In this document: one piece after another, positions 28,142 to 38,342 of the stretch
Numbering within the stretch: the first letter of the stretch is position 1
Layout: the number at the start of each line of letters is the position of its first letter
Source: a virus
Virus record (IMG/VR): IMGVR_UViG_3300032242_001916
Span: 30,101-94,100 of that record
Length of the DNA stretch: 64,000 nucleotides
Direction: 5' to 3' (one strand)
The notes under the pieces: model-generated
What the model was told of the DNA's origin: nothing
The model's database searches: none
Seen by the model: only the letters and a program-made list of their open reading frames with translations
Made by a program: the position numbers and the translations under genes

Positions 28142-28737
28142 TGCCGTTTCTATTAAATGAAGATAAAGCTTTAAAAACCTTACTACAAGGCGTTACTGTA
28201 AGCGATGCCAAAAGCTCTGCACGCCCTGTTGGCGTATGGTTTGGTCAACCTGATGTTGAAATCCGCGACCAGTCTTACCCATACGTAACTATAGACTTAA
28301 TTGATATTTCTGAAGATCCTACTCGAGCTCATCGAAGTGTAGTAACCCTTCCTTATACCCCTGAAGGCTCAAATTCTTCTGTTAAATACCAAACAGAATT
28401 CCCTATACCTGTTAGTATTGACTATCAGGTAACTTCGTATGCAAGGCAACCTATTCATGATCGTCAGATCATTTCTAGCATGCTATATACGAAACTTCCG
28501 TTTAGATTCGGAACCTTAGAAATTCCAGAAGACAACACTTTACGAAGAGTTGAACTTCTTGGATATGCAAAAAGAGACAGAACCGAACAAGGTAAACGCC
28601 TATTCGTTAATATGTTTACTATACGCGTTAGTGCAGAAATTCTTACTTCTGCACTAGTTGCTTTAGATAAAAATGTTTCTGCTGTCAATATCGGAACAAC
28701 TACCTTCTACAATACTAATGTCACACCACCCAGCTAA
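28141..28737 (+). CDS. Tail terminator / completion protein
   Basis: YPYVTI, PIPVSIDYQV; immediately before the sheath gene. Confidence 0.65.
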   Translation: MPFLLNEDKALKTLLQGVTVSDAKSSARPVGVWFGQPDVEIRDQSYPYVTIDLIDISEDPTRAHRSVVTLPYTPEGSNSSVKYQTEFPIPVSIDYQVTSYARQPIHDRQIISSMLYTKLPFRFGTLEIPEDNTLRRVELLGYAKRDRTEQGKRLFVNMFTIRVSAEILTSALVALDKNVSAVNIGTTTFYNTNVTPPS

Positions 28738-28786
28738 TACACGGACCCACTAGATTATAAAAACCTAACTATTAAGGAGTTAAAAG

Positions 28787-30910
28787 ATGGCTGCATTCGG
28801 TCGTCCCGGCGTATATGTACAGGAAACTGCTGTACCTCAAAATATCGCCATTCAAGACAGATCAGACGCTATTGCGGGCTTTATTGGTGCTCTTCCTAAG
28901 GGCCCAACAGTTCCAACGTTTGTAAATTCATGGTCTAACTTTGTCAAGCTTTATGGCAATCTAGACTACTCATTCCCAACAAGTGTTGCGGTTTACCAAT
29001 TTTTTACAAATGGTGGCCGCGATGCATACATTGACCGAGCTGTAAATTCAACCTCTGCTGCGGCAAGTATTCCTTTAACAAGCTCTGACGCTGCAACAGC
29101 TTTGACAGTTACTGCAAAGAGCGTAGGTTCTTGGGGTAATCAAATTTCGGTTGAAGCAATTGCTTATGGAAACCCAGTTAATAACCGTTTTTCCATTGTA
29201 GTATATGGTCAGCCATACACTACCGGTGCCGGCTTACGCTCAAACGTTTTGGAGCAATTCAATGATCTTAGTGCAACAAGCACCGATAGTCGCTATGCTG
29301 TAACATTAATTAATAACACCTCAGCATATATTACTGTAGCTGCTTCGGGTACAGGTCTTCCGGCTCCTGACGCTATTGTGCATAGTTTAGCTGGCGGTAC
29401 TGACGTAGCTATTGCAACTACCGACATTGTTTCTGCATTAACTGGGTTTGATAATATCAACACACCTTTGTTGCTTAACGCCCCTGATCTTGCTTACGTA
29501 GGCTCTACTTCAGTGCAGGGTAACTTTACACGTTCAAACGTAATTTCTGCAGTTGGTAGCATCCTTAAATACGCAGAATACCGCGGTGATGCATTTGCTA
29601 TAGTTGATACTCCAAATCTAGCTTCGGCATTTGATGCAATTAACTTTGCTACAGACGCTTCTTACTCAGCAGCTACTGCTGGAGCATCCACAATTAGTTC
29701 AAATATTTCTTCGGTTACCCCAGGTACTCAAGGATCTACCACAGCTGCTGGATACGTAACTTACACAACTACCTCGGCACATAGCTTTGTCCCGACTCAA
29801 CCAGTAACTATTACAAATGTAACTCGTGAACCTGCTCTAAATGCTAGTGCTACACTAGCCGTATTACCATCTACTCCTTCTACAGGACAGGTAAAATACG
29901 TTACTGCTGCTTCACATGGCTTTAAAACTGGTGATTTAGTAACAATCAGTGGTATTACAGGAACTGTTGGAACTACGTACAACTTTAGCACTGCTAAAGC
30001 AGTTACAGTTATTGATTCAACTTCGTTCTATGTAACCAGCGCTGTAACCGGCAGCCTAGCGTCAAACGCAGATACTTCAGCTGCTAAAGCAGTTAGCACT
30101 GGTTACAGTGGTACTTACACCATCTATTCAACTCCTACAAACTCACAGTTTGTAATTGCTAATGCTGAAACTGGTACCGCTACACTAACAGGTGCCTCTG
30201 CATCAGTTCCTACAAGCACCGGCTCTACTCCATGGACTGGTGTTTCTGCAACAGGTGCTAATGCAGCCATGTATTACCCGTGGTTGGTTGTTCCTGATAC
30301 ACGAGGTACTCCTGGCAATACAATTACTATACCTACTGGTGGAGCTATTATAGGTAAATTCCAGGCAACAGATGCTTCTCGTGGAGTATTTAAGACTCCG
30401 GCAGGTTACCAGACCAGTATTGCTGGTGCTGTTAGCCTTGGTGCATCACTATCTAATAGTGATCTTGATGCTCTTAATTCTTCAACAGTGCCTGTAAATG
30501 CGCTTCGTACATATCCAGGAGCAGGAATTGTTGTAATGGGTGGACGCACAATGTCTACTTTGGCAGCAAACCGCTACATTAACACACGACGTTCGTTAAT
30601 TTACTTAAAGAAGGAACTAAGACTGCGTACTTCATATGCAATCTTTGAGAACAATGATGCCTACTTATGGAATTCAATTACTAATGCATTGAACTCATTC
30701 TTAGGAAATTATTGGGCACAAGGAGGACTTCGTGGAAATTCTCCATTTAAAGCCTTCTACGTAAAGTGCGATTCAACTACTACTACAGATACTGACGTAG
30801 TAAACGGTCGTGTAAACGTACAAGTAGGTGTGGCTCTGGAATACCCTGCAGAGTTCATCGTCATCAACATTGGTCAGTTCACCGGCGGCACGTCTGTGAC
30901 TCAGGGTTAA
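28787..30910 (+). CDS. Contractile tail sheath protein
   Basis: RPGVYVQE, FFTNGG, AMYYPW, RGVFKTPAG, RYINTRR, PAEFIVI. Confidence 0.95.
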   Translation: MAAFGRPGVYVQETAVPQNIAIQDRSDAIAGFIGALPKGPTVPTFVNSWSNFVKLYGNLDYSFPTSVAVYQFFTNGGRDAYIDRAVNSTSAAASIPLTSSDAATALTVTAKSVGSWGNQISVEAIAYGNPVNNRFSIVVYGQPYTTGAGLRSNVLEQFNDLSATSTDSRYAVTLINNTSAYITVAASGTGLPAPDAIVHSLAGGTDVAIATTDIVSALTGFDNINTPLLLNAPDLAYVGSTSVQGNFTRSNVISAVGSILKYAEYRGDAFAIVDTPNLASAFDAINFATDASYSAATAGASTISSNISSVTPGTQGSTTAAGYVTYTTTSAHSFVPTQPVTITNVTREPALNASATLAVLPSTPSTGQVKYVTAASHGFKTGDLVTISGITGTVGTTYNFSTAKAVTVIDSTSFYVTSAVTGSLASNADTSAAKAVSTGYSGTYTIYSTPTNSQFVIANAETGTATLTGASASVPTSTGSTPWTGVSATGANAAMYYPWLVVPDTRGTPGNTITIPTGGAIIGKFQATDASRGVFKTPAGYQTSIAGAVSLGASLSNSDLDALNSSTVPVNALRTYPGAGIVVMGGRTMSTLAANRYINTRRSLIYLKKELRLRTSYAIFENNDAYLWNSITNALNSFLGNYWAQGGLRGNSPFKAFYVKCDSTTTTDTDVVNGRVNVQVGVALEYPAEFIVINIGQFTGGTSVTQG

Positions 30911-30928
30911 TTAAGGAGAATATAAAAA

Positions 30929-31552
30929 ATGGCTGATTCAGTACTTATTAACCCTAAGAGCCAACTGATTACGGATCCAATTCGTAATTTTAGGTTCTTG
31001 GTTCAATTCTCGCCGTATAACACTACAGGCGCAGGAAAAGTTACGCATTCCCCACAACTTGGATTCATGAACGTTTCCGGTTTTGGTATGACAACAGAGC
31101 CAATCCAGTACCGTGAAGGTGGTTATAACACCACTGTTCACCAGTTGCCAGGTCAAACAAGCTTTGAACCTATCAACTTTTCAAGAGGTCAAACTCTTGG
31201 TGGTAGCCAAAATCGTGACTGGATGAGACAATTATTTGCAATTACACAGGGAACTTCAAACCAACCCGTTGGTGACGATTTCCGGTGCACAATTGACGTT
31301 TCAGTTCTAAGCCATCCAAACCCTGGCACTACAAGTAGCCAAACTGGTGGATCCGTAGCTAATGCTCTAGATCTTCACACTTCAATGAGATTCCGCATTT
31401 ACAATGCGTGGATTGCTAACCTTTCATATGGAGACCTGTCCGCATCTGCGGCTACAGGCCTTATGATTGAAGGTATGACCATTGTTCATGAAGGTTTTGA
31501 CGTAATCTTTGCTAATGATTTCTCAGCAACTGCGGGTCAATTTAGCTACTAA
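30929..31552 (+). CDS. Tail tube protein (T4 gp19-like)
   Basis: DPIRNFRF, YREGG, NAW, EGMTIVHEG. Confidence 0.9.
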   Translation: MADSVLINPKSQLITDPIRNFRFLVQFSPYNTTGAGKVTHSPQLGFMNVSGFGMTTEPIQYREGGYNTTVHQLPGQTSFEPINFSRGQTLGGSQNRDWMRQLFAITQGTSNQPVGDDFRCTIDVSVLSHPNPGTTSSQTGGSVANALDLHTSMRFRIYNAWIANLSYGDLSASAATGLMIEGMTIVHEGFDVIFANDFSATAGQFSY

Positions 31553-31574
31553 AAACTAATATAAGGAAAATAAA

Positions 31575-32414
31575 ATGACAAACGAAACGATTAGTGCAGC
31601 AGAAAACCCTGCACTTGCCACACAGCTAGTACAAGCCGCCCTATCAATGTCTATGGCTGATGAGGGGGATCAGGTTGTTGAGCAAAAAGTTGCTGTTACA
31701 ACTGCCCCCTCTTCGCCAGGACATGTAGAGCTACTGGGAGGAATCTACAACTCTTTTACTGGAGAAGTAATCCGCACAGCAGAAATCCGTGAGCTAACGG
31801 GTGTTGATGAAGAGGCCTTGTCACGTATTAATGATTATGGTCGTACTCTTCTTGCCATATTAAGCCGTGGTACTGTCAAGATTGGTGAAGAAAAAGCAAC
31901 TCAGGAAGTTCTTGATAAGTTGCTCGCGGGAGATCGAGAATACTTAATTTTCCAGATTAGACTTGCTACTTTTGGCCCTGATCTTGAGCTTTCTGGTCCA
32001 TGCCCAAGCTGCCAAGTTGTTCAGACTTTCAATATAAATCTTTCTGAAGATGTAAAAATTGATAGTTTAGATGATCCTAGTGAGCGCAGTATTACTGTTG
32101 ATTGCAAAGTAGGCAAAGTAACTGTAGAGCTTCCTACAGGAGCAGTACAGCGCAAGTTAATCACTTCAACAGATAAAACAGCTGCAGAACTAGATAGCCT
32201 TTTGTTAAAAGATTGTGTGATCTTTATTAATGACAACCCAATTTTAGATCCAAGTTTAATTAAGAATTTAAGTATGGCCGATCGTCGTAAAATTCTTAAA
32301 GAATTAGGCGAAAAGAACCCAGGCCCAGACTTAAGCAGTATCAAGAAATCTTGTTCTGCTTGCGGGTCGGAGGTCCCGACACCGCTTACATTAGCGGATC
32401 TATTTCGGGTTTGA
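31575..32414 (+). CDS. Tail/baseplate assembly chaperone (T4 gp26-like)
   Basis: RELTG.DEE, GDRE, CPSC and CSAC; lies between tube and tape measure. Confidence 0.75.
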   Translation: MTNETISAAENPALATQLVQAALSMSMADEGDQVVEQKVAVTTAPSSPGHVELLGGIYNSFTGEVIRTAEIRELTGVDEEALSRINDYGRTLLAILSRGTVKIGEEKATQEVLDKLLAGDREYLIFQIRLATFGPDLELSGPCPSCQVVQTFNINLSEDVKIDSLDDPSERSITVDCKVGKVTVELPTGAVQRKLITSTDKTAAELDSLLLKDCVIFINDNPILDPSLIKNLSMADRRKILKELGEKNPGPDLSSIKKSCSACGSEVPTPLTLADLFRV

Positions 32415-32577
32415 TAATAAAGAAATTTATAAATACTTATTGGATTCATATGAACTTATAAGTAGGGCCTTTGTAGGCTGGTCTCTTAAAGAGATTAGAG
32501 AGCTTAGCCACAGGGAACGTGAAAACTGGTTGCAAAGGGCAACCTTAAAACTAGGACTAGGAGACATAAATGGCTGA
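32404..32577 (+). CDS. +1-frame extension of the chaperone (FGFDNKEIYKYLLDSYELISRAFVGWSLKEIRELSHRERENWL...)
   Basis: Open +1 frame filling the gap to the tape measure gene; GWS..EI..L..RER..W motif; no ATG or GTG. Confidence 0.65.
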   Translation, partial: FGFDNKEIYKYLLDSYELISRAFVGWSLKEIRELSHRERENWLQRATLKLGLGDING

Positions 32578-35500
32578 TCCAACAGCAGGCCTTACTCCTC
32601 CTATGTCAGGATCTACAGGTTCGATTTCTCCCGTTAGTTCCGGAACTGCCGGTTCTAGCGGGAGTAAATCCCTGTATGTTAGAACCCTTGAACAGGGCTA
32701 CAACGTTATTGCAAAAACGTCTGCTATGTACGATCGTATTTTACGAACTACTAAAGAGATAAATAAAGAAAACGGTAAGCGCGGCGGAGTTGGTGGCGGC
32801 AGCACCAATATGTTTGCTAATTCAGGTGTTAATCAGCAAGCTGATGCAATGATGAATAAGCTCAACGAAATGATCCCAGCTTCTGGTATGAGTGCCGGAG
32901 GAAGAGCGGCTGTTGGGGCTGGTCAAACCGCTTTAGCCGCAGCTGGATTTATGTATTCTACACTTCCCAATGTACAAGATGCCGTATCTCAAAGAATTTC
33001 TGCACAAAGTGTTGCATCTTTGACAGGGCAAAGTGCACAAAGCGTAATAAATAGTAGTAATGCCCTTATAAAAGGTGGTATGACAGGTAACTACTCAGCG
33101 CAGTTGGCGGCACACTCTCTTGCAAGTGTAGGTGTTTATGGCACGGGTTACACTAATATTATGAGTCAAGTAGGCGGTCTTAGCGCTTTAACTGGTATGC
33201 AAAATGAGCAGGTAGCTGGAGCATACGGTGGCATTAACAGTATGAACTTTATGAGACTTGGAGTTCGTGCTCGTGATCGCCAGGGTAATATACGAGGCCC
33301 TAGTGATATCTCTAATGAACTTTACCAAAGATTAGTAGGTAAAAGAAAACTTACAATACAACAAGCAGGCAACACAATTCTTGCCCCACACTCTAGTGGT
33401 CAAATGGCAATTCAAGCAGCTGCGGGTGGAGATCAAGCATTAGCTGCAAGCTTGACAGAACAACTGTATTTTCAGGCACGCAATGGTGGAAAAAAGTTAC
33501 CACTAGGGGACCCTGAAAAAATTATGGGCAAAAAAGTTCTTAATCTTTCTGCAGACGACCCATTGCGTAAAATGTTTACTTACAATAAGCGTCAGTCTGA
33601 ATACTTACAGGCTGTGGGTGGGTCGGAAGTAGGCGGCTACGGTACTGCTTTAGATGCCAGCGGTAAGGTTGCTGAAGGAATGGCCGGACTAGCTAAAGTA
33701 ATGCCCGACGTTGTTGGTGGTATGGCTAGACTTGCAGGTCTTTTACAAACTCTTCCTGGAGCCGGTAATACAGGACTAGGATTAGCAAGTTTAGCTAGCG
33801 GAGTGGGCGGCTCTGGAACTAATATGCTTCAAATGGGTATGGAAGCCCGTGCAATAACCATGCTTGGGCGAGGAGGTGGCGGTACTCCTGGGGCAGTTGG
33901 CGGAAGAGGTATGGCAGGGTCTACTGGTGCACGCGTTCTTGGTCGGGGTCTTGGAGGACTAGCAGCTATACAAGCTACAAATATGGCAGTCCCATTTTTA
34001 CGTCAGCAAGGGCAAAAACACCTTCATATTAAGCCAGGTAGTGCTGTAGATAAAACGGGTACAATTCTTGGTACCGCAGGTGGATATGCTGCTGGTGGGG
34101 CAATGATTGGATCTGTAATACCCGGAATTGGAACAGCAGCTGGAGCAGTAGTTGGAGGTCTAGCTGGATTAGCCGTTGGTTTTATGAATTCTAATAACTC
34201 ACCTGTTGGTGGAGATGGAATTACAGGCCCGCTTAGTTGGGCGCAAACGTTATTAAAACAGATGTCTATTACCCCTAAAAATTCTGGAATTGACAATGCT
34301 ATAGCTAACTGGGAAGCACATGAAGGCGGCCATTGGGGAAATTCTGCAAGATATAACCCACTAAATACTTCTCAAAGAATGCTTCCATCCGACACAAACA
34401 TGAACTCAGATGGAGTTAAAGTGTACTCCAGTTGGTCTGAGGGACTTCAAGCCACTGTTAAAACTCTTCATTCTAAAGGGCATCATTATGAAAGAATTAT
34501 TGATGCAATGAGTAGTGGTAAACCTGATGACCTTTACCAAGCGGTTGTAGATTCAAAGTGGGGAACTACATCTCTTATGGGCCACGTAAAAAGTAAGGGG
34601 TCTCACAAAAAAACTGGAAAACCTCACGTAAATAATGGCGTGTACAACCCTCCAGCTAATGGTCCAAAAACCGCACACTTTGGTCAAAAACCACGGGTAA
34701 AAGGAAAGTATTGGACACAGTACGGGTATCATACTGGTCAAGATTACGGAGTTCCAGTAGGAACTTCTGTTAAAGCTTATAAAGCAGGAAAAGTTATACA
34801 TGCAGGCGATGGTGGCAGTAGAGCAGACCTTGGATCAGCTTGGGGTAAGGCAATCCTTGTAGATCATGGTACTCATAGAAGCCTTTATGCCCACCTGTCT
34901 CATGTTGGAGTAAGAGCAGGAGACAAAGTAAGGCCTGGTCAGCAAATTGCTTTGTCAGGTAATACTGGGTCTGCTTCGCAAGGTCCACACTTACACTTTG
35001 AAATTAGAAAAGGTGGAAAGCCTGTAGACCCAATTCCTTATCTTGGAGGCGGTAGTAGTGGTAGTTTAACTCCTCCATCTTCAACTCCAAATCCAACTCC
35101 AGGATCCTCTCCAGCCCCATCAACAGGGACTACTTCTACAAACAACTTTACTACTTGGGGAACAGGCGTTGCCCCAGGAACTCATGGAGGAACTCATGGA
35201 GGAACTCATGGAGGAACTCACAAAGCATCTGTACCTCCGTCTTCAGCTGGGCCTGCAGCTGGAGTTGTAAACACACCTAGTAGTTCAGTAGTAGTTACTA
35301 ATACAAAGCCTAGAATGCTTACTACTAGCGCAGGTCTGACTAATGCGGCTGCAGCAGCAACTCAGCTTTCTGTAAGTAATCTTGGGGTTTCATCTGGGTA
35401 TGGATCTGTAAATACTGCTTTAGGTGGAAGCTCTATTTTTAGCGCTAACTACGAGCAAGCGGATTATAGTGGATTTGGTGGAGATGCTAATCCACCTAGT

Positions 35501-35695
35501 GTTGGAAGTTTTGATCCAGTAGGAACCTCTTTACGGACAAGAAGTAGTGGTGGCAGTCATGGGGATCACGGCATAACAATTAACATGAATATTAGCATTG
35601 CTAATGCAGATACAGCTAATGCGGTTAATATGGCTAAAGAAATTAAGACAATTCTTGAACGTGAATTAAGAGATAGCAAGATTAGGAATTATTAA
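32570..35695 (+). CDS. Tape measure protein with lysozyme-like and M23 peptidase domains
   Basis: Gly/Ala-rich helical body; WEAHEGG..YNPLNT; HTGQD, YAHLS, GPHLHFE. Confidence 0.85.
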   Translation: MADPTAGLTPPMSGSTGSISPVSSGTAGSSGSKSLYVRTLEQGYNVIAKTSAMYDRILRTTKEINKENGKRGGVGGGSTNMFANSGVNQQADAMMNKLNEMIPASGMSAGGRAAVGAGQTALAAAGFMYSTLPNVQDAVSQRISAQSVASLTGQSAQSVINSSNALIKGGMTGNYSAQLAAHSLASVGVYGTGYTNIMSQVGGLSALTGMQNEQVAGAYGGINSMNFMRLGVRARDRQGNIRGPSDISNELYQRLVGKRKLTIQQAGNTILAPHSSGQMAIQAAAGGDQALAASLTEQLYFQARNGGKKLPLGDPEKIMGKKVLNLSADDPLRKMFTYNKRQSEYLQAVGGSEVGGYGTALDASGKVAEGMAGLAKVMPDVVGGMARLAGLLQTLPGAGNTGLGLASLASGVGGSGTNMLQMGMEARAITMLGRGGGGTPGAVGGRGMAGSTGARVLGRGLGGLAAIQATNMAVPFLRQQGQKHLHIKPGSAVDKTGTILGTAGGYAAGGAMIGSVIPGIGTAAGAVVGGLAGLAVGFMNSNNSPVGGDGITGPLSWAQTLLKQMSITPKNSGIDNAIANWEAHEGGHWGNSARYNPLNTSQRMLPSDTNMNSDGVKVYSSWSEGLQATVKTLHSKGHHYERIIDAMSSGKPDDLYQAVVDSKWGTTSLMGHVKSKGSHKKTGKPHVNNGVYNPPANGPKTAHFGQKPRVKGKYWTQYGYHTGQDYGVPVGTSVKAYKAGKVIHAGDGGSRADLGSAWGKAILVDHGTHRSLYAHLSHVGVRAGDKVRPGQQIALSGNTGSASQGPHLHFEIRKGGKPVDPIPYLGGGSSGSLTPPSSTPNPTPGSSPAPSTGTTSTNNFTTWGTGVAPGTHGGTHGGTHGGTHKASVPPSSAGPAAGVVNTPSSSVVVTNTKPRMLTTSAGLTNAAAAATQLSVSNLGVSSGYGSVNTALGGSSIFSANYEQADYSGFGGDANPPSVGSFDPVGTSLRTRSSGGSHGDHGITINMNISIANADTANAVNMAKEIKTILERELRDSKIRNY
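35176..35220 (+). repeat. 12-bp tandem repeat AGGAACTCATGG x3.75 (encodes GTHG repeats)
   Basis: Exact direct repeats. Confidence 0.9.
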
Positions 35696-35697
35696 AA

Positions 35698-37248
35698 ATG
35701 TTAAAAGATATCGCAACGTTAGAACCTAAAGGAAATATAGAAGGCGGTCTTAATGAGGATGTTGCCACGCCATTACAAGGTTCTATAATTCCTGATAATT
35801 TATCTCATGGTTGGTACAGCGTAAAAATTGGAACTAAATGGTTTGCATTTCAAGTACTGCTTAAATCTCCGGAAACTTCAAGAGACCTTGTATTTGATGA
35901 TTTTGCTTTTAAAGCTCCTAATGTTCCTTGGGGTAATTCAATTAATGACCCTAAACTGTCTTCTACGTACAGCGCTAAAAGCCTAGTAGCTTTATTTCAA
36001 AAACTTGTTGCCCCTGAAAAAATACCTGTCAATATCACAGTTATAAGTAAATCTTACAAACCTGGGGATACAAAAGCAGGCGGTACGTTTGTTTCACTTC
36101 CTTTGACTACTATTAAACCAGATGGAACAGCTTTAAAACCAACAGATGGTTCAGGTAACCCTCTAGGTCCTAGCATTATAGAAGGTACGGATGCGCATCC
36201 ATTAACTCATAGCTATAAAATTGCCTACGACAAAGAACGAGGAGGTAGTGGTGGGCGTTGGGTTTACGATAAATTTGGTGGTTTTGGAGGAGCAGATATA
36301 AATAAAGGTAAACCTATACTTCTCCAAGATGACCCAAGTAGTTTTGGTCTGTGGAACCCGCCTCCTCACAAAGTAATGTCGGGATCTGTACCAACTCAGT
36401 TATATGATTTAACCTCAGGAACTCCGGACGTAGTTCTTAACCCTACAGTTGGAGTTAAATTAATCGAGGACTTACGATCAGGTAATAAAGCCTATACAAA
36501 AGGATTTATATATTCAGATTTAGACCAGGCACATGATTCTGATGGTAATCCAAAAGTTAGAGGTAACCTATGGGGTTTTAGATTTTTATACAACCCTTCA
36601 TCATTGTCAATTGCTAACGCTGTAAACCCAGCTATTGACTTTGGTAATACTGCTGATGTAGGCAACATGCTTATTGGTAGTGAAACCATGTCCTTTAGCA
36701 TATATTTAAATAGAATGATGGATGTTCATGTTTTAAAAAACATATCGGTAGGTAGTGCTGGACCGGGTAAAGCAAATTTAGCAGATCAGAACACTTTTGC
36801 GCATCAATACGGCGGCCGTACACTTACCGCTATTGATGCTGAGCAATTAAGATACCGTGGAACTGAGTATGATTTAGAATTCTTGTATAGAGTTATTAAC
36901 GGAGATCCTGAAAAAGGCCCTGCAATGCGGTATGCAACTTCAGATACCGGATTTTTAGTGGGCTCAGCAGTATGGGTACGTTTTAATGATAATGTAAGAT
37001 ATAAAGGAATTATTAATAATATTAGTGTTGTGCATGCAATGTTTAGTTTAGATATGGTACCGATTGTTTCAGAAGTATCTATTTCATTAATGAGAATTCC
37101 TACGCCTTACTATGGAACTGATGCTCAAATTTCAAAGAAACTTAATAAGAAGTACAAAACTACGCCAAATCAAAAAGGTAGCCGGGGACAACAAATACTT
37201 CCATATGTCCAGTATCTAAGAGGTACTGTACCTTCTACTACTAAATAA
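35698..37248 (+). CDS. Baseplate / tube-initiator-like protein
   Basis: FRFLYNPSSL and HAMFS.DMVP in the C-terminal half; follows the tape measure gene. Confidence 0.6.
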   Translation: MLKDIATLEPKGNIEGGLNEDVATPLQGSIIPDNLSHGWYSVKIGTKWFAFQVLLKSPETSRDLVFDDFAFKAPNVPWGNSINDPKLSSTYSAKSLVALFQKLVAPEKIPVNITVISKSYKPGDTKAGGTFVSLPLTTIKPDGTALKPTDGSGNPLGPSIIEGTDAHPLTHSYKIAYDKERGGSGGRWVYDKFGGFGGADINKGKPILLQDDPSSFGLWNPPPHKVMSGSVPTQLYDLTSGTPDVVLNPTVGVKLIEDLRSGNKAYTKGFIYSDLDQAHDSDGNPKVRGNLWGFRFLYNPSSLSIANAVNPAIDFGNTADVGNMLIGSETMSFSIYLNRMMDVHVLKNISVGSAGPGKANLADQNTFAHQYGGRTLTAIDAEQLRYRGTEYDLEFLYRVINGDPEKGPAMRYATSDTGFLVGSAVWVRFNDNVRYKGIINNISVVHAMFSLDMVPIVSEVSISLMRIPTPYYGTDAQISKKLNKKYKTTPNQKGSRGQQILPYVQYLRGTVPSTTK

Positions 37249-37257
37249 GGAATTTAA

Positions 37258-37530
37258 ATGATTTCTAAATTTTCAAGATATATTAATGGTGATTTTGGAC
37301 AAGTTATAGGCAAAACCGGTGTATTTAATACACATGTATACAGAAACTTTTCAGTAGACCCAAGAATAGAGTACATTTGGTATACTTTTAAAGCTGGCGA
37401 TAGAGTTGATACTCTAGCCAGTCAGTATCTTGGAGACTCTCGTGCATGGTATCGTATTATGGATATAAACCCTGAGGTATTAGATCCATTTTCTCTTAAG
37501 CCTGGGGACTATATAAGGATTCCTCAATGA
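37258..37530 (+). CDS. LysM-like baseplate protein (gpX/gp53-like)
   Basis: GDRVDTLA..YLGD...WYRI.DINP...L.PG..IRIP. Confidence 0.8.
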   Translation: MISKFSRYINGDFGQVIGKTGVFNTHVYRNFSVDPRIEYIWYTFKAGDRVDTLASQYLGDSRAWYRIMDINPEVLDPFSLKPGDYIRIPQ

Positions 37531-38342
37531 CAGGTCTTTTACAAAAAGATATTTTTTATACGGCTAGTTTTCCAAAAACTCCTGATTTACTTATGCTATT
37601 AATTAGCGCGGAGTTGCAACAGTCCGAGGGAGCCCATGATTATTTAATTCTTAATTATAAAGGAGCTATTGATAATCATATTACTGGATTTTTAGAAGTA
37701 GAAGACCCTGTAGTTTTTACATGGGGTGATGGGCAAAACCACCGCGAATTTATTGGTTTTATACATACTATTGAAAAAATTACTACTCCCGCAAATGTGT
37801 ACACTAAAATTAAATGTATAAACAACTCTGCAATTTTTAAAAGATCAAATAAAAAAATATATAATAATTTAACTTCAAACCAAATTGTTGAAGAAATTTG
37901 TGCTGAGCACGATTTTTCAACAAAGACTAGTTACCATCCATATACCCATGGAAATTTAGTACAATCTGGTAATAGTGATTGGCAGTTTTTAAATCAATTA
38001 TCTAAATACACGGGGTACGCTTTACGAGCATCTAACATGGAATTAATATTTAAAGATAAAGATCAAATAATAAATGAAAATTTTATGAGTATGCCTGTAT
38101 TTACTCATTTTTCAAAAAGCTCTAGTGGGTTAGTTTCAAATCAAACACTAATTTCATTTACTGCTCTAGATTCTGCAATTACCCCAGAATTTGAAAATAC
38201 GGGAGATCCGGGCGTTACTGTGTATGGAGATTCTGGCGAGCAATACATATTTGATTCAAATCAGTCTTTAGATAATGGTGCTTCTAATTTTAAATCTGCT
38301 AATACCCCTCCTAATTGGAATACATCCTACGAGGTTAACTAA
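37527..38342 (+). CDS. Baseplate hub (gpD/gp27-like), N-terminal part
   Basis: FIGFI, IVEEI, QSG.SDWQFL..L. Confidence 0.7.
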   Translation: MTGLLQKDIFYTASFPKTPDLLMLLISAELQQSEGAHDYLILNYKGAIDNHITGFLEVEDPVVFTWGDGQNHREFIGFIHTIEKITTPANVYTKIKCINNSAIFKRSNKKIYNNLTSNQIVEEICAEHDFSTKTSYHPYTHGNLVQSGNSDWQFLNQLSKYTGYALRASNMELIFKDKDQIINENFMSMPVFTHFSKSSSGLVSNQTLISFTALDSAITPEFENTGDPGVTVYGDSGEQYIFDSNQSLDNGASNFKSANTPPNWNTSYEVN

